Virus record (IMG/VR): IMGVR_UViG_3300045960_000114
Location: 96,001-160,000 of that record
DNA length: 64,000 nt
Source of the DNA: a virus
Direction: 5' to 3' (one strand)
Shown here: positions 44,770 through 54,438 of the stretch, in pieces
Layout: every line of letters starts with the position of its first letter
Position numbering within the stretch: the first letter of the stretch is position 1
Made by a program: the position numbers and the translations under genes
The notes under the pieces: model-generated
The model's input: only the letters and a program-made list of their open reading frames with translations
Database searches by the model: none
What the model was told of the DNA's origin: nothing

Positions 44770-45213
44770 ATGAGTACAACATACACGGCGTACACCGTGA
44801 TCGGTGTGCGCCTGCATGAGAACCAGCTGGTTCGGTACAGGAAGGTGAAGGGTTGTAACTGCTTCGATGTGGACCCACGCAACAAGTTCTGTCCGCACTG
44901 CGCGGCGCCGGTCAGCAAGTCGCACAAGTATTATGTTGGCGTGTTCAACGGCGAGCGCGATCAGCTGGAGCGTGAATTGGACAACGGGCTCAAACTGGTC
45001 CGGCCTTACCACGACAGCGAAGATGTGTTCCTTGGTAGTGTGTTTGGGGTGGATCACGACGTCGGCTCAGGCGACTTCACTTGGAACTTTCTCCACTGGC
45101 CGGACATGGAGTTCGTCATGTCGACCAAGGAGAAACTGCGGCATATGTTGGAGCTGCATGAGCTATGGGATGAGCGTGATTTTGGGATTTACACATTCCT
45201 TGGCATCCGTTGA
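44770..45213 (+). CDS. Zinc-ribbon-containing protein
   Basis: FCPHCAA. GGAGGAG RBS. Confidence 0.75.
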   Translation: MSTTYTAYTVIGVRLHENQLVRYRKVKGCNCFDVDPRNKFCPHCAAPVSKSHKYYVGVFNGERDQLERELDNGLKLVRPYHDSEDVFLGSVFGVDHDVGSGDFTWNFLHWPDMEFVMSTKEKLRHMLELHELWDERDFGIYTFLGIR

Positions 45214-45647
45214 GGAGGAAACATGAACCTGTGCACAAAGCAGAAACGGAGGAGCTGATGGGTAAGCAGAAGGTAACAGCGCAGCCGCTAGAGGTTCTTC
45301 ATCAGTTGGCAAAGGACATCGTACACGGGCATATATTCACGCATCGGCATCTCGAGGACGTGAAGCTGGTCATCCACGTGTTCCTGCCTATCGGACTTGG
45401 GGGACTGGATGACATTGATTACAGCTCCCTGGGCATGATCTATGCACGCCGGGACTCGGCCATCAGGCTGAGTATTAATGGTCACCCCGTCTTCAGGGAG
45501 TGTTCATTGCTGAACAAGAAAGATGCGAAGGCCGTATGGAAGATGGCCAACGAGATGCACGAGGCGGTTGAGCGGGTGCAGATACCGGCGAAGAAGAAAG
45601 TTACCGGTCGTAGACGGCAGGTCTTCAAGCGTAAACGGAGGAGCTGA
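45210..45647 (+). CDS. Hypothetical protein
   Basis: Track ORF. Confidence 0.65.
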   Translation: MRRKHEPVHKAETEELMGKQKVTAQPLEVLHQLAKDIVHGHIFTHRHLEDVKLVIHVFLPIGLGGLDDIDYSSLGMIYARRDSAIRLSINGHPVFRECSLLNKKDAKAVWKMANEMHEAVERVQIPAKKKVTGRRRQVFKRKRRS

Positions 45648-45651
45648 AGGG

Positions 45652-46101
45652 ATGGATCGGGAATTGGAGATATCGGTCATGCGGGCGGTTTTCGGCGAGA
45701 AGAGAGTGGAGCCGTGGATTCCTGCGCTGGAAGCCGCCTTGGATACGGCGGATGAGGACCGGCGGGGGTCTGTTTCGGAGTTGTTCAAGCAGATCTTCGC
45801 TCAGAATGCGAAGTTCAATGCCTTGACCGGAAGACAGAAAGAGCTCGCGGAAGAGGCGGAGGAAATCCGCAGGTTGGTTAATGGGGACGGTGGTGCGCCA
45901 GCACTCGACACGGTCATGCGGACTGAAGAGCGCGTTAACAGGCTACACGATAACGCGGTCCGTATTGAGCGAGAGTCGGCGTGGTCGTTCATCCAACTGA
46001 TGGTCAGCGTCCGTAAGCTGCGGAAGCTGATGGAGGACGCGGAGCCTGGTTCGTCCATCAGGCTTGAGGCGCAGATCAAGCGGGAGGCCGGATTGGAATA
46101 G
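45652..46101 (+). CDS. Coiled-coil hypothetical protein
   Basis: ATG directly after the upstream stop. Confidence 0.65.
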   Translation: MDRELEISVMRAVFGEKRVEPWIPALEAALDTADEDRRGSVSELFKQIFAQNAKFNALTGRQKELAEEAEEIRRLVNGDGGAPALDTVMRTEERVNRLHDNAVRIERESAWSFIQLMVSVRKLRKLMEDAEPGSSIRLEAQIKREAGLE

Positions 46102-46115
46102 GAGGGAGATCTAAG

Positions 46116-46616
46116 ATGCCCTGTCAGGATCCGTGGCCGGAGGGAACGCGCGCCGCTGAGGAGGAAGGGTGTCGCGCGCGGTTGGATAAAGTCACGCAGT
46201 TCCTCTGCTGGCTCTGCGGTGAGCTGGAGGAGGATAAGCTTCTGGATAAGTACACCCGGAACCACGAAGAGCTGCGGAAGTGGAAGGACGAGCATGACAA
46301 CGCAGACATGAATCGCGTCTATCTCGAGATGTACCGGTTCGTCTGTAGTGGTAGGTGTGACCCAGATGAGTGGGAATTGCTGGGTGGCCACTTTATCAAT
46401 CTTGCGCTCAAGGTCCATCCCGTGAGCCGTTCCCATCGGAAGTGGTTCTTGCGGATGGCGCATCAGGTGTGTCTTGCGCGCAGGAACGAGCTGCGCGCCC
46501 ATACCAAGAAGATGTCGTTGAAGGCAAAAGTGTTGAAGCGGCTGTCCCCCGAGGAACGCGAAGCGCTGGGGTTCAGCAACAGAAAACCCAAACCCAAGAA
46601 ACGGAGGAAGAAGTGA
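46116..46616 (+). CDS. Hypothetical protein
   Basis: GGAGG RBS. CWLC. Confidence 0.7.
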   Translation: MPCQDPWPEGTRAAEEEGCRARLDKVTQFLCWLCGELEEDKLLDKYTRNHEELRKWKDEHDNADMNRVYLEMYRFVCSGRCDPDEWELLGGHFINLALKVHPVSRSHRKWFLRMAHQVCLARRNELRAHTKKMSLKAKVLKRLSPEEREALGFSNRKPKPKKRRKK

Positions 46617-46624
46617 CTGAGGCG

Positions 46625-47068
46625 ATGAAGGAAGCGGCGGATAGGTTGAACATGGCGATGAGGACCGCCCTGACGACGTTTGCCGGCGAGCTGGACATCA
46701 CCGAGATCGAGCGCAAGCACTGGCAGGAGTTGACGGCGCAACTGAAGGCCAAGGAGGCGGAGTTGGCCCAGCGCGAGAAGAATGTCAAGAACCGGGAGGA
46801 GTCGGCGAAGGACGTGCACAAGATCGCGGCTGACAGACTGCTCCGGGAGAAGATCGCGAAGGAAAGCGCCGATCAGTCGAATGCGAAGTGCAAGAAGGCT
46901 GAAAAAGAGAGGGACGAGGCGCGGGCTGACAAGAAGCGTCTTGAAGACGTGATCGAGGCGCTCATCAAGGAGAAGAAAGAGTTGGCTGCACGCGTGGCCG
47001 ACTTGACGCGGGCGTGTGCTGAACTGGAGGCGCAGGTGCCTGTGAAGGGAGGCGCTGATGTCGGATGA
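46625..47068 (+). CDS. Coiled-coil protein
   Basis: Heptad-rich, K/E-rich. Confidence 0.7.
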   Translation: MKEAADRLNMAMRTALTTFAGELDITEIERKHWQELTAQLKAKEAELAQREKNVKNREESAKDVHKIAADRLLREKIAKESADQSNAKCKKAEKERDEARADKKRLEDVIEALIKEKKELAARVADLTRACAELEAQVPVKGGADVG

Positions 47069-47486
47069 AGTCTGTGCCAAGCCGACCCCCGTGGGGCCGA
47101 GCTGGCATTCGCAGGTGCAGGTGAAGGAGATGCCCAAGCCCTCGGCGCCGGCGCAGTCGCAGCCGGCTGAGGTGAGCACGTTCATTCCCGGCGGCTCGAT
47201 CGTCAAGCCGGAGACGAGTGCCGGGATCACGCACAAGAACGCGCTGCATCAGCAGGATGTGCATCGGCTGATGTACGTGCTTGAGGGTACGGTACGCACG
47301 ATCACGTATTCGTTGACGATGCTTGGCATTCGTGGGGTAGACTTTGCGATAGCCGAGAAGCAGCTCCATCTGGCCGGCATGGACCGGTGTCCGTACTGTG
47401 ATCGGTGGTTCAGGGAGGAGTACCGGCAGGGCCGTGGCAGGGCTGGCGCGTGTTACCTGTGCCAGATCGGAGACGACGCCTACTAG
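47058..47486 (+). CDS. Protein with C-terminal zinc finger
   Basis: CPYC...CYLC. GGAGG RBS. Confidence 0.7.
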   Translation: MSDEVCAKPTPVGPSWHSQVQVKEMPKPSAPAQSQPAEVSTFIPGGSIVKPETSAGITHKNALHQQDVHRLMYVLEGTVRTITYSLTMLGIRGVDFAIAEKQLHLAGMDRCPYCDRWFREEYRQGRGRAGACYLCQIGDDAY

Positions 47487-47495
47487 GAGGGCTTC

Positions 47496-47978
47496 ATGCG
47501 AGTCTACGTTGCTGTTGTCCATCATCGGCATGGTGAGGATATGTATCTCAGTTGTTCGATGAATGATCTGTTCAGGCAGTTGTACGGGTACGTCACTCAA
47601 TGGTGGGGTGAATTCAAGGACGACGAACCGATCCCAGCGGACCACAAGGAGGCCGTCAAGGCGTACTTCGAGGAGGCCGAGGGCTATGACAGCGACGAGC
47701 ACGAGTGGTACACGGTGGACTCGCACGACTTGAAGGAACCGAGCCCGATGTCGCCGCCCATCTACGACATCCTGGACGTGGTCGCGGGGCACATCGGTCG
47801 AACTGGTCCGATCAACTTCATGGACCATGGGACTGAGAACATCTTGGTGGTCGATGCGAATCTCACCCGGAAGGAGTTCATCCTGACAGTGGACAAGGCG
47901 GGTGACGGCAATGAGGAGTCGTACGAGATGCACTTCCGGCTGAAGAAGGTCAAGCGAACAAGGACGGACCGCGAATGA
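47496..47978 (+). CDS. Hypothetical protein
   Basis: AGGAGG RBS. Confidence 0.75.
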   Translation: MRVYVAVVHHRHGEDMYLSCSMNDLFRQLYGYVTQWWGEFKDDEPIPADHKEAVKAYFEEAEGYDSDEHEWYTVDSHDLKEPSPMSPPIYDILDVVAGHIGRTGPINFMDHGTENILVVDANLTRKEFILTVDKAGDGNEESYEMHFRLKKVKRTRTDRE

Positions 47979-48286
47979 ACCCTACCCTGTGGGTGCTTGT
48001 ATCGTTGCTCTTCTTCGCCGTGGGTGAGGCAGCGTCGAAGCTGTGGTCGGAAGGGTGTACGGACTGGTGGGCGATCGCTGCGGTGGCCGCTTACATCACC
48101 TGCGAGGTGCCGTGGCTGGTGGCCATACGCGAGCACGGGCACCTGACGTCGTTGGGGACGTTCTGGTCAGTTGGGGCGGTTGTGGTCACCATCCTTGTAG
48201 GCATGGTGGCCTTCGGGGAGTCCATTACCATGCGGCAGGGTATTGGGCTGGCGATCGCCTTTGTGGCCTGCTGGCTTCTGAGCTGA
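47975..48286 (+). CDS. SMR/DMT-superfamily four-TM membrane protein
   Basis: 103 aa, four hydrophobic helices, GMVAFGESIT..QGIGL. Confidence 0.7.
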   Translation: MNPTLWVLVSLLFFAVGEAASKLWSEGCTDWWAIAAVAAYITCEVPWLVAIREHGHLTSLGTFWSVGAVVVTILVGMVAFGESITMRQGIGLAIAFVACWLLS

Positions 48287-48290
48287 GGAG

Positions 48291-48581
48291 TTGATCGTGA
48301 AGAGATTCCACCCTTTGGGGTTCATAACACAGGTGGAAGCGCATCTGATGCGCGCGCCAGACTCAGAAGAGGTCCGGTGTGCGCTGGACCTGATCGCCGT
48401 CTGGAAGCAACGGTTCGTGGTGATGCTGGAGAAGAAGAGGAGGAAGGAGCGTTTGCTGAGTTTACAGGAAGCCAGGGACTTGTTTCTCGTCAAGAAGGAG
48501 GGTGAGGATGTTCATACCGTACAACGGATTAGTACACGAAGTGCATCAGATCATGCGGGCGAGCCGGGAGCGTCGGGATGA
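48291..48581 (+). CDS. Small hypothetical protein
   Basis: GAGGAG RBS. Confidence 0.55.
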   Translation: MIVKRFHPLGFITQVEAHLMRAPDSEEVRCALDLIAVWKQRFVVMLEKKRRKERLLSLQEARDLFLVKKEGEDVHTVQRISTRSASDHAGEPGASG

Positions 48582-49485
48582 GTCGTTCGTAGAGAAACTG
48601 CTGTTCGAGACGGGCGCGCGACTACTGGTCAATCAGAACGGCAACAGTTCCAATACGGTGACGCACTGCATGTTGGAAAGCGCACATTACTTCCTGAGCC
48701 ATCGCGTACTCTACGTGAGCAACGTGCTGGCAGAGGAGCTGGATGAAACCCGGGTGGAGATACCCCCGGATGAACTCCGGCTGCCATACCATCTGTTTGA
48801 GGTGTGCTTCAACGACAACCTGCGGATCAGGGGTCGACGCATACCTTCAGCGCTCGTCCTCATCAAGCCGGACGATAGCACCTTCAACGTGATGGCTGAG
48901 CGCTTCCAGAAGATCTCGAACACCGCCATCGACAAGGCGAATGAGGTCTTGCGGAAGGCGGGCAGGCATCCCCTCCCATACAACCAGACGGAAGTTGCGC
49001 CCAAGCTGCGCCAGTCGTTCTACCTGCTGTTCCGGTTGGATGGTCAGTTGGACACCTGCCAGCTCCACTTCAGCATGGAGGAGTACAAGGGTGTCAAGAC
49101 GGATGACGCCATTGAGCGGCTCCTGGCCCAGGGGCCGATCGAGGGGTTCTCCGCCCTTACGCCTGACGAGGTGGACGTCGAGCGGGCGTTGTGTCGGATC
49201 ATCTTTGGGGCGCTGTGTTACCTCAATGTGAAGGATCCGGAAGTTGAGGAAGGATGGAAGGATCGCAACCGACCGAACATGGGCGTGAAGCCTGCGGGTG
49301 TCATGCTGGGCCGGACGATGCGTGCGTCGCCTGATCGGCACATGCGTAAGGGCAGCATGCACACGCTGATTCATCCGCGCTACGTGAACGTCAGGTGTGC
49401 CTGGCATCGCCCGTGTGAGGTGAACCCGAAGGCCAAGTCGGGTGGCCATCGGGAGAAAGTCGAGGAGCTGAATGGCCAAGCGTAA
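48508..49485 (+). CDS. Hypothetical phage protein
   Basis: Long ORF with a basic HMRKG...H motif near the C-terminus. Confidence 0.75.
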   Translation: MFIPYNGLVHEVHQIMRASRERRDESFVEKLLFETGARLLVNQNGNSSNTVTHCMLESAHYFLSHRVLYVSNVLAEELDETRVEIPPDELRLPYHLFEVCFNDNLRIRGRRIPSALVLIKPDDSTFNVMAERFQKISNTAIDKANEVLRKAGRHPLPYNQTEVAPKLRQSFYLLFRLDGQLDTCQLHFSMEEYKGVKTDDAIERLLAQGPIEGFSALTPDEVDVERALCRIIFGALCYLNVKDPEVEEGWKDRNRPNMGVKPAGVMLGRTMRASPDRHMRKGSMHTLIHPRYVNVRCAWHRPCEVNPKAKSGGHREKVEELNGQA

Positions 49486-49765
49486 GGACTTGACGGTGGC
49501 GGACATCGTCGAGATGTGGCTCATCGAGAATGGGTACGATGGGCTGTACCAGGAGGAGTCCTGCGCCTGTCTGGCGACCGATCTGGCGCCATGCTGCGAT
49601 AACGGCTGGAATTGCTTCCCTGGCGTGTTGGTCAGGTGCAATCCGGAGACATGTGAGCAGGGTGGGGAGTGTCGGTTCCACATCGGACCGAAGGACGACC
49701 CGGACAAGATGACCTGCGGGGAGCGGCAGGCCATCCTTAATGACGAAAGGGGAAGCACTCCATGA
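49472..49765 (+). CDS. Cys-rich small protein
   Basis: GYDGLY...CAC...DLAPCC...C..G. Confidence 0.7.
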   Translation: MAKRKDLTVADIVEMWLIENGYDGLYQEESCACLATDLAPCCDNGWNCFPGVLVRCNPETCEQGGECRFHIGPKDDPDKMTCGERQAILNDERGSTP

Positions 49766-50071
49766 AGTGCGAGAGGTGTGGGAGGGAGGCGCAGGAACTG
49801 AAAACCTGCGTTTGTTGCCGGGCGAATGCTTGCAGCAAGTGCGCGCGGGAGAGCAAGTATGGACCTTCATGTTCCGCCGCGTGTACACGCCAGTTGCGGA
49901 AGACTGGCGGCAAGCACCATGTTTGACGTGCTGTTCGGGTGGGCAGCCGATGCGTGGCGTCAGAAGGAGACGCGAGGTTGCCTGACAGAATTCATGTTCA
50001 TTTCCGCAGGGTTCGCGTTGATCGCGCTGTTGGCGTGGTTGGCGCACAGATTCTGTTAGGAGCGTACAGAA

Positions 50072-50422
50072 ATGAGTAAGCAACGGAAGTCGAAGGCCAA
50101 GGACCCGCTGGTTGAGGAGCTGAACAGATGTGCCAAGTGGTTCATCTGTGGGTTCCTGCTGTCGGCGCTAATTCCGGTGATTGTGGTGGCCATGAGTGCT
50201 GGCCTCTTATTCGGCATGGACTGGCTGAATGCGCCGGGAAAGGTCGAACGCGCGCCGATCATCGCGAATGAGGTGCCTACAACGCCGGCTGACAGGGGGG
50301 CGTATGCGGCTGCGCACTACGTGCCGCCGGACCCTCGCCAGCCCATCAAGCCCGGCAGGTTGCCCACGGCAGCCGAGCTTCGTAATCAAAGAACTGTTGT
50401 TGTTCAGGAGCTGGACTTCTGA
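50072..50422 (+). CDS. Single-TM protein
   Basis: TAGGAG RBS embedded in a palindrome. Confidence 0.7.
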   Translation: MSKQRKSKAKDPLVEELNRCAKWFICGFLLSALIPVIVVAMSAGLLFGMDWLNAPGKVERAPIIANEVPTTPADRGAYAAAHYVPPDPRQPIKPGRLPTAAELRNQRTVVVQELDF

Positions 50423-50691
50423 TGGTCAAGATTGGTGACGTGGTGAAGCTTCGACCGCACATTACGTCTGAGCATCTTTTGACGATCTTGTTGCGGTTCG
50501 ATAAGAGGCAGGTGGAATTCTTACGCCAAGCGAAATTCAGGGCGGATCATATCTTCTGGCATAGTAGGTTCGGCCTGATGACGAGAGCCTCAATGTACTG
50601 GTGTCCCCCGTTCCAGCCCGGCTTGTGGCTGGAGTGGTGCGACGAGAACTATGTTAAACTCGGCTACCTGGAGGTGGTGGATGGCTCTTGA
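50422..50691 (+). CDS. Small paralogue family member 1
   Basis: IGDVVKLRPHITSEHL. Confidence 0.65.
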   Translation: MVKIGDVVKLRPHITSEHLLTILLRFDKRQVEFLRQAKFRADHIFWHSRFGLMTRASMYWCPPFQPGLWLEWCDENYVKLGYLEVVDGS

Positions 50692-50938
50692 TCAGTTTGC
50701 TGTAGGTGACAGGGTACGGATGGCTGAGTGGGTAAAGCCCGAGCATCTGCGTGTGTTGGGTATTTCTGAGAGGAATACTATTATATGGCTTCTCTCTGCT
50801 GAGTTGGTGGTGGTCTGCGGAGAGGACGGGGCTTACCGGTCCTGCGGGAGGGTGATTCAAGTTGATAACGGAATCCGTATGCCGTTGTTCGTTAAGTGCT
50901 GTTACCTAAGGAGGGTCGATGGGCGATCTATATCCTGA
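50681..50938 (+). CDS. Small paralogue family member 2
   Basis: VGDRVRMAEWVKPEHL. Confidence 0.65.
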   Translation: MALDQFAVGDRVRMAEWVKPEHLRVLGISERNTIIWLLSAELVVVCGEDGAYRSCGRVIQVDNGIRMPLFVKCCYLRRVDGRSIS

Positions 50939-51305
50939 GTTGAATGGGTCGTATGTACGGATTGGTAAGTGGGTGACGGTCGAACACGTAAGACGGCTTG
51001 GGCTCATGACGACTACTAGACAAAACGTTTACGAATTGTGGCGTGACTGCTCATTTTTTCAGGTGGTGCGTAGTTACGCACATGATGACGTTGGAAGAGT
51101 GGCTGAGCTGGACCTGATCAGGCATTCAGGTACCGGTTTGATTTGGTGGAACGGGGCGATCGTGAAGTGGTGCTGGCTCGAACTCGTGGCGGAGAGCGAG
51201 TTGCCTGTCACATCTCCAGTAGTATTTACTTCTGGATATGTCACAGGCTACGCCACTGGAGTGACGTCGACTTTGTCGTCGTACACGTCATACGTGATTA
51301 CATAG
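50919..51305 (+). CDS. Small paralogue family member 3
   Basis: NGSYVRIGKWVTVEHV. Confidence 0.65.
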   Translation: MGDLYPELNGSYVRIGKWVTVEHVRRLGLMTTTRQNVYELWRDCSFFQVVRSYAHDDVGRVAELDLIRHSGTGLIWWNGAIVKWCWLELVAESELPVTSPVVFTSGYVTGYATGVTSTLSSYTSYVIT

Positions 51306-52013
51306 GTGCCGCGTGAGCTGGACCATGCCTGTCATTGTGACGGGAAGGCCGGTGCGGCAGAAGCAAGGAGGCACTCAATGCTGAGTGTGGTCGAGAAGAT
51401 GTCGTTCAGCTGTCATACCCCGGAGGCGAGGAAGGCAGTCGCTGAGCTGTTCCGGTTCCTGGGTACGCTTTCCCGTACGGAGCGCGTGGCCCTGGACAAT
51501 GTCGTTGGCTCTTGGTACGGCGCCACCATGGACTGCGGTCCGTTGATGGCCGCGTCGGAGAAGAACGAGGACTTCGCGTTGGCTGCGAGGCTCCTGGACC
51601 GGCTGGCTCAGTCGAATGGGCACGAAGTGAAGCTGGAACCGTCGGCGGCTGTCCTGCCCGCGACCATCGCTTCACCCGAGGATGGGAACGGTAAGGCGCT
51701 GATTCGCAGGATGGCCCGGTTGTCGACGATCCGACCCAGCAGAATCAACTCGATCCGGAGGTGGCTGCTTACGCTGCCGAAGGGGTCGGTTGTTACCTAC
51801 GAGCAGGTGGCTTCCCGATTCTACGGTGACCATCCTGCCCGTGCTGGCAGCTGCTTCACACAGTTGTGCGGTCTCGATAAGGTGTTGAAGAAGGTTGGGC
51901 ATGCCAAGTACCAACTGACTCGAAACGCTGCTACCAAACTCCGCAAGGGTCTGACGTACTTCGACGGGGATAAGTATGCTAAGAAGGCACCTGACAAAAC
52001 ACTCTTTGACTGA
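51306..52013 (+). CDS. Hypothetical protein, possible C-terminal winged helix
   Basis: Track ORF. VVTYEQVASRF. Confidence 0.6.
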   Translation: MPRELDHACHCDGKAGAAEARRHSMLSVVEKMSFSCHTPEARKAVAELFRFLGTLSRTERVALDNVVGSWYGATMDCGPLMAASEKNEDFALAARLLDRLAQSNGHEVKLEPSAAVLPATIASPEDGNGKALIRRMARLSTIRPSRINSIRRWLLTLPKGSVVTYEQVASRFYGDHPARAGSCFTQLCGLDKVLKKVGHAKYQLTRNAATKLRKGLTYFDGDKYAKKAPDKTLFD

Positions 52014-52072
52014 TGCCGTGGGGCGGGGAACGAGTGGCCACTTCCCCGCCCACGCTCTTGGAGGTGATGCCA

Positions 52073-52345
52073 GTGAATAGCGGCGCAGTAACAATGGTCA
52101 AGTCTGGTGCTGTGGTGCTCATCTGCCCGTGGGTTACTGTAGACCAAGCGAGACGCTATTGGGACAATGTAGACCGCGACATGTTGCAGCATTACAAAGG
52201 GAAATTCTTGCGGGTAGAACGGATGGAGCATGACGTGACGTTTGGAACGTGGGCACAGGTTTCAGCGATACCGAACGGTAATGGTGGTGTTTTCTGGTTA
52301 AAGACCTGTCTTCTCATGCTTGCCAGTGATTCACCACTGATATAG
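52073..52345 (+). CDS. Small paralogue family member 4
   Basis: SGAVVLICPWVTVDQA. GGAGG RBS. Confidence 0.55.
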   Translation: MNSGAVTMVKSGAVVLICPWVTVDQARRYWDNVDRDMLQHYKGKFLRVERMEHDVTFGTWAQVSAIPNGNGGVFWLKTCLLMLASDSPLI

Positions 52346-52351
52346 TATAGG

Positions 52352-53011
52352 TTGATGAGGTTCTGCAACCTATGCAAATGGGAAGGCGCTGCCTTCGAGT
52401 TGGATGGGGTTATCCAACGGTGCCCGGCTTGTGGCAGCTCAGAGGGCAATCGTTCGATGTTCCACGAGATGGGCAATCGGGGCTTGCGCCCACCCCCATA
52501 TAGCGGTTTACCGATGCTGGCGATGAATGTCGGGGACCGTATGGGCAGTCATCTGCGCGGCCACTTCAACGTGGCCACATTCGACCTGAAGGGATACGAC
52601 CTTGGCAACCGAGAGTTGCCATACTCAGACGAGCTCTTTCATCTGGTTGTTCAAGGTCGTCCCTTCGATTACTTCTACTACGACGCCGATCTGGTTCACG
52701 AAATCTACCGTGTCACAGCAAAAAGTGGCCGATACATCTCATACGTGAACCCGAAGCCGGCAGGTGCTTCCTACAAGAAGCGTACTCCTGACGGTCGGTG
52801 GCGTGAGTACAGCATACAGACATACCTGGACCTGGTGCGTGGTGCCGGGTTCAGACCAATCTTCAGGGACATGTCAGCTTCAGATGATTTTGGGGCGACA
52901 GTGGTCATAGGAGTAAAGGAGGAGCATGCCTCAGATCCTGCAATTCCCGCCAAAGACTCAGCCAGAGGCGGGAACGAAGTTCATTTACACCATCCTGACC
53001 AGGTACGGTGA
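52352..53011 (+). CDS. Zinc ribbon plus degenerate methyltransferase-like domain
   Basis: CNLC...CPAC. LPYSDELFHLVV...EIYRVTAKSG. Confidence 0.55.
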   Translation: MMRFCNLCKWEGAAFELDGVIQRCPACGSSEGNRSMFHEMGNRGLRPPPYSGLPMLAMNVGDRMGSHLRGHFNVATFDLKGYDLGNRELPYSDELFHLVVQGRPFDYFYYDADLVHEIYRVTAKSGRYISYVNPKPAGASYKKRTPDGRWREYSIQTYLDLVRGAGFRPIFRDMSASDDFGATVVIGVKEEHASDPAIPAKDSARGGNEVHLHHPDQVR

Positions 53012-53222
53012 CGGTAACGCGACGTACTGGAGCCACAACTGCACGATCGAATACGCACGCGGCATTCTAAAGAACCTGACCAGTGCCAAGTACCGCGTGC
53101 GCTACTTCAAGCAGAAGAAGCATCACGAAACGGCGTTAGCGAGCAAATGCCCGGATTGCATCAAGGAGGGTGCCCGGATTGCGCGCCTGATGGCGCTCAT
53201 TGACAACAGCAGAGAGGACTAA
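52926..53222 (+). CDS. Hypothetical protein
   Basis: AAGGAGG RBS. CPDC. Confidence 0.65.
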   Translation: MPQILQFPPKTQPEAGTKFIYTILTRYGDGNATYWSHNCTIEYARGILKNLTSAKYRVRYFKQKKHHETALASKCPDCIKEGARIARLMALIDNSRED

Positions 53223-53242
53223 GGGGTAAGACTGACCCCGGG

Positions 53243-53623
53243 ATGTACGGATGGGTTTCCCTGTCCAAGTTGCCCAACGGCATCCCGGGGTTGGATTTAA
53301 GCGGAGAAGATATGCAGAGAATCCGACGTGCCTGTAAACGGTTGCTGCTCGTGCGTGAAGATTTCAAGTCTGACAAGGCGGAAGTGTTGGCCAGCGGGCG
53401 CTGCATGCTGCTGGAGGTGTCGGCGCTGCTGACGGAGCTGGCCGATGAGTTGGCAGGTAACGGTAGTATAGAGGCGCAGAGTGAGCGTCGGCTGTATGAG
53501 TTTATGTCACTCAAGCTGTCCGTTGCGAATGAAGTCGCGGATTCAGAAGAGGTGGGGGAAGTTTACGCGTTGCTCTGCGAGCTACGTGATGTAGAGGGGA
53601 AAGGGAATTTAAGTGCAGGATAG
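53243..53623 (+). CDS. Helical hypothetical protein
   Basis: Track ORF. Confidence 0.6.
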   Translation: MYGWVSLSKLPNGIPGLDLSGEDMQRIRRACKRLLLVREDFKSDKAEVLASGRCMLLEVSALLTELADELAGNGSIEAQSERRLYEFMSLKLSVANEVADSEEVGEVYALLCELRDVEGKGNLSAG

Positions 53624-53791
53624 GTGGCCGGACGTCGTACATACAGAAGAGGAAACGGAAAAGAAGATGCACGAGTGCCTTAAGGTGAGAACAAGCTGGG
53701 CGCAGCGTGAGCTGCGCGAGCTGCTCGATGCGCTGCTCGGGGAGGAAGTCATGGAGGAGGCGGTATAGGAACCCGCCTGAAAGGGGAACCG

Positions 53792-54331
53792 ATGGAACTG
53801 GCTGACTTTCGCGAAGCTCGTAAGCTGATGATTACCAGGCTTGGCAAGTTCACGAAGCTGTTAAGGAAGGGTGCAGCGCCTGAGGTCATGGCGTTTGCGT
53901 TCGTCCTGGTGGAGCAGGCAGCATACTGGTGCTACGGCAAGGCGGTCAACGAGGCCGTATTAGCTGCTCACTCGCGTAGGTCTTCGGGCGCCAGTTGCCG
54001 CATAGACCACGCCAATCTACGCTCGCTCAGGCGGGCAGCCATCATTCTGCGTAAGCGAATCGTGATCCGCTGTGAACCCCGCGACATTGCGGAGCAGTTC
54101 CTGCTCATCGAATCGCTTGCATTGCTCTTCTTTGGGAAGGAGGTTCTGGACTTCAGACTTCTTGAGCATGTGCAGTTCGCCAGGTTGCAGCATGGGCGTT
54201 GTCCAGGCTGCGGCCTGTCCGTGAATCACGTGCATGAGGAGCTCTGGTTGTGCGATCGGTGCACAACGATCGCGCAGGATCAGGCTGCCGTAGACGGCGA
54301 GGCGATCCTACATGCTGTAGCGCAGGGTTGA
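53792..54331 (+). CDS. Helical protein with internal repeat and zinc finger
   Basis: AAAGGGG RBS. CPGC...CDRC. Confidence 0.7.
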   Translation: MELADFREARKLMITRLGKFTKLLRKGAAPEVMAFAFVLVEQAAYWCYGKAVNEAVLAAHSRRSSGASCRIDHANLRSLRRAAIILRKRIVIRCEPRDIAEQFLLIESLALLFFGKEVLDFRLLEHVQFARLQHGRCPGCGLSVNHVHEELWLCDRCTTIAQDQAAVDGEAILHAVAQG

Positions 54332-54438
54332 TTCTGTGCGGTTCTAACAGAATACCTAATTAGTATCCGGAAACGTGCTTTAATTAGTCCCGGTTTCATA
54401 GGGAAATGGTATCTTTTTCTGTAATATTTGCACAGGAA
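54331..54438. promoter_or_regulatory. AT-rich regulatory region with two TTCTG-N11-CAG palindromes
   Basis: Palindromes at 54331-54353 and 54416-54438. TAATTAGT repeated at 54357 and 54381. Confidence 0.5.
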
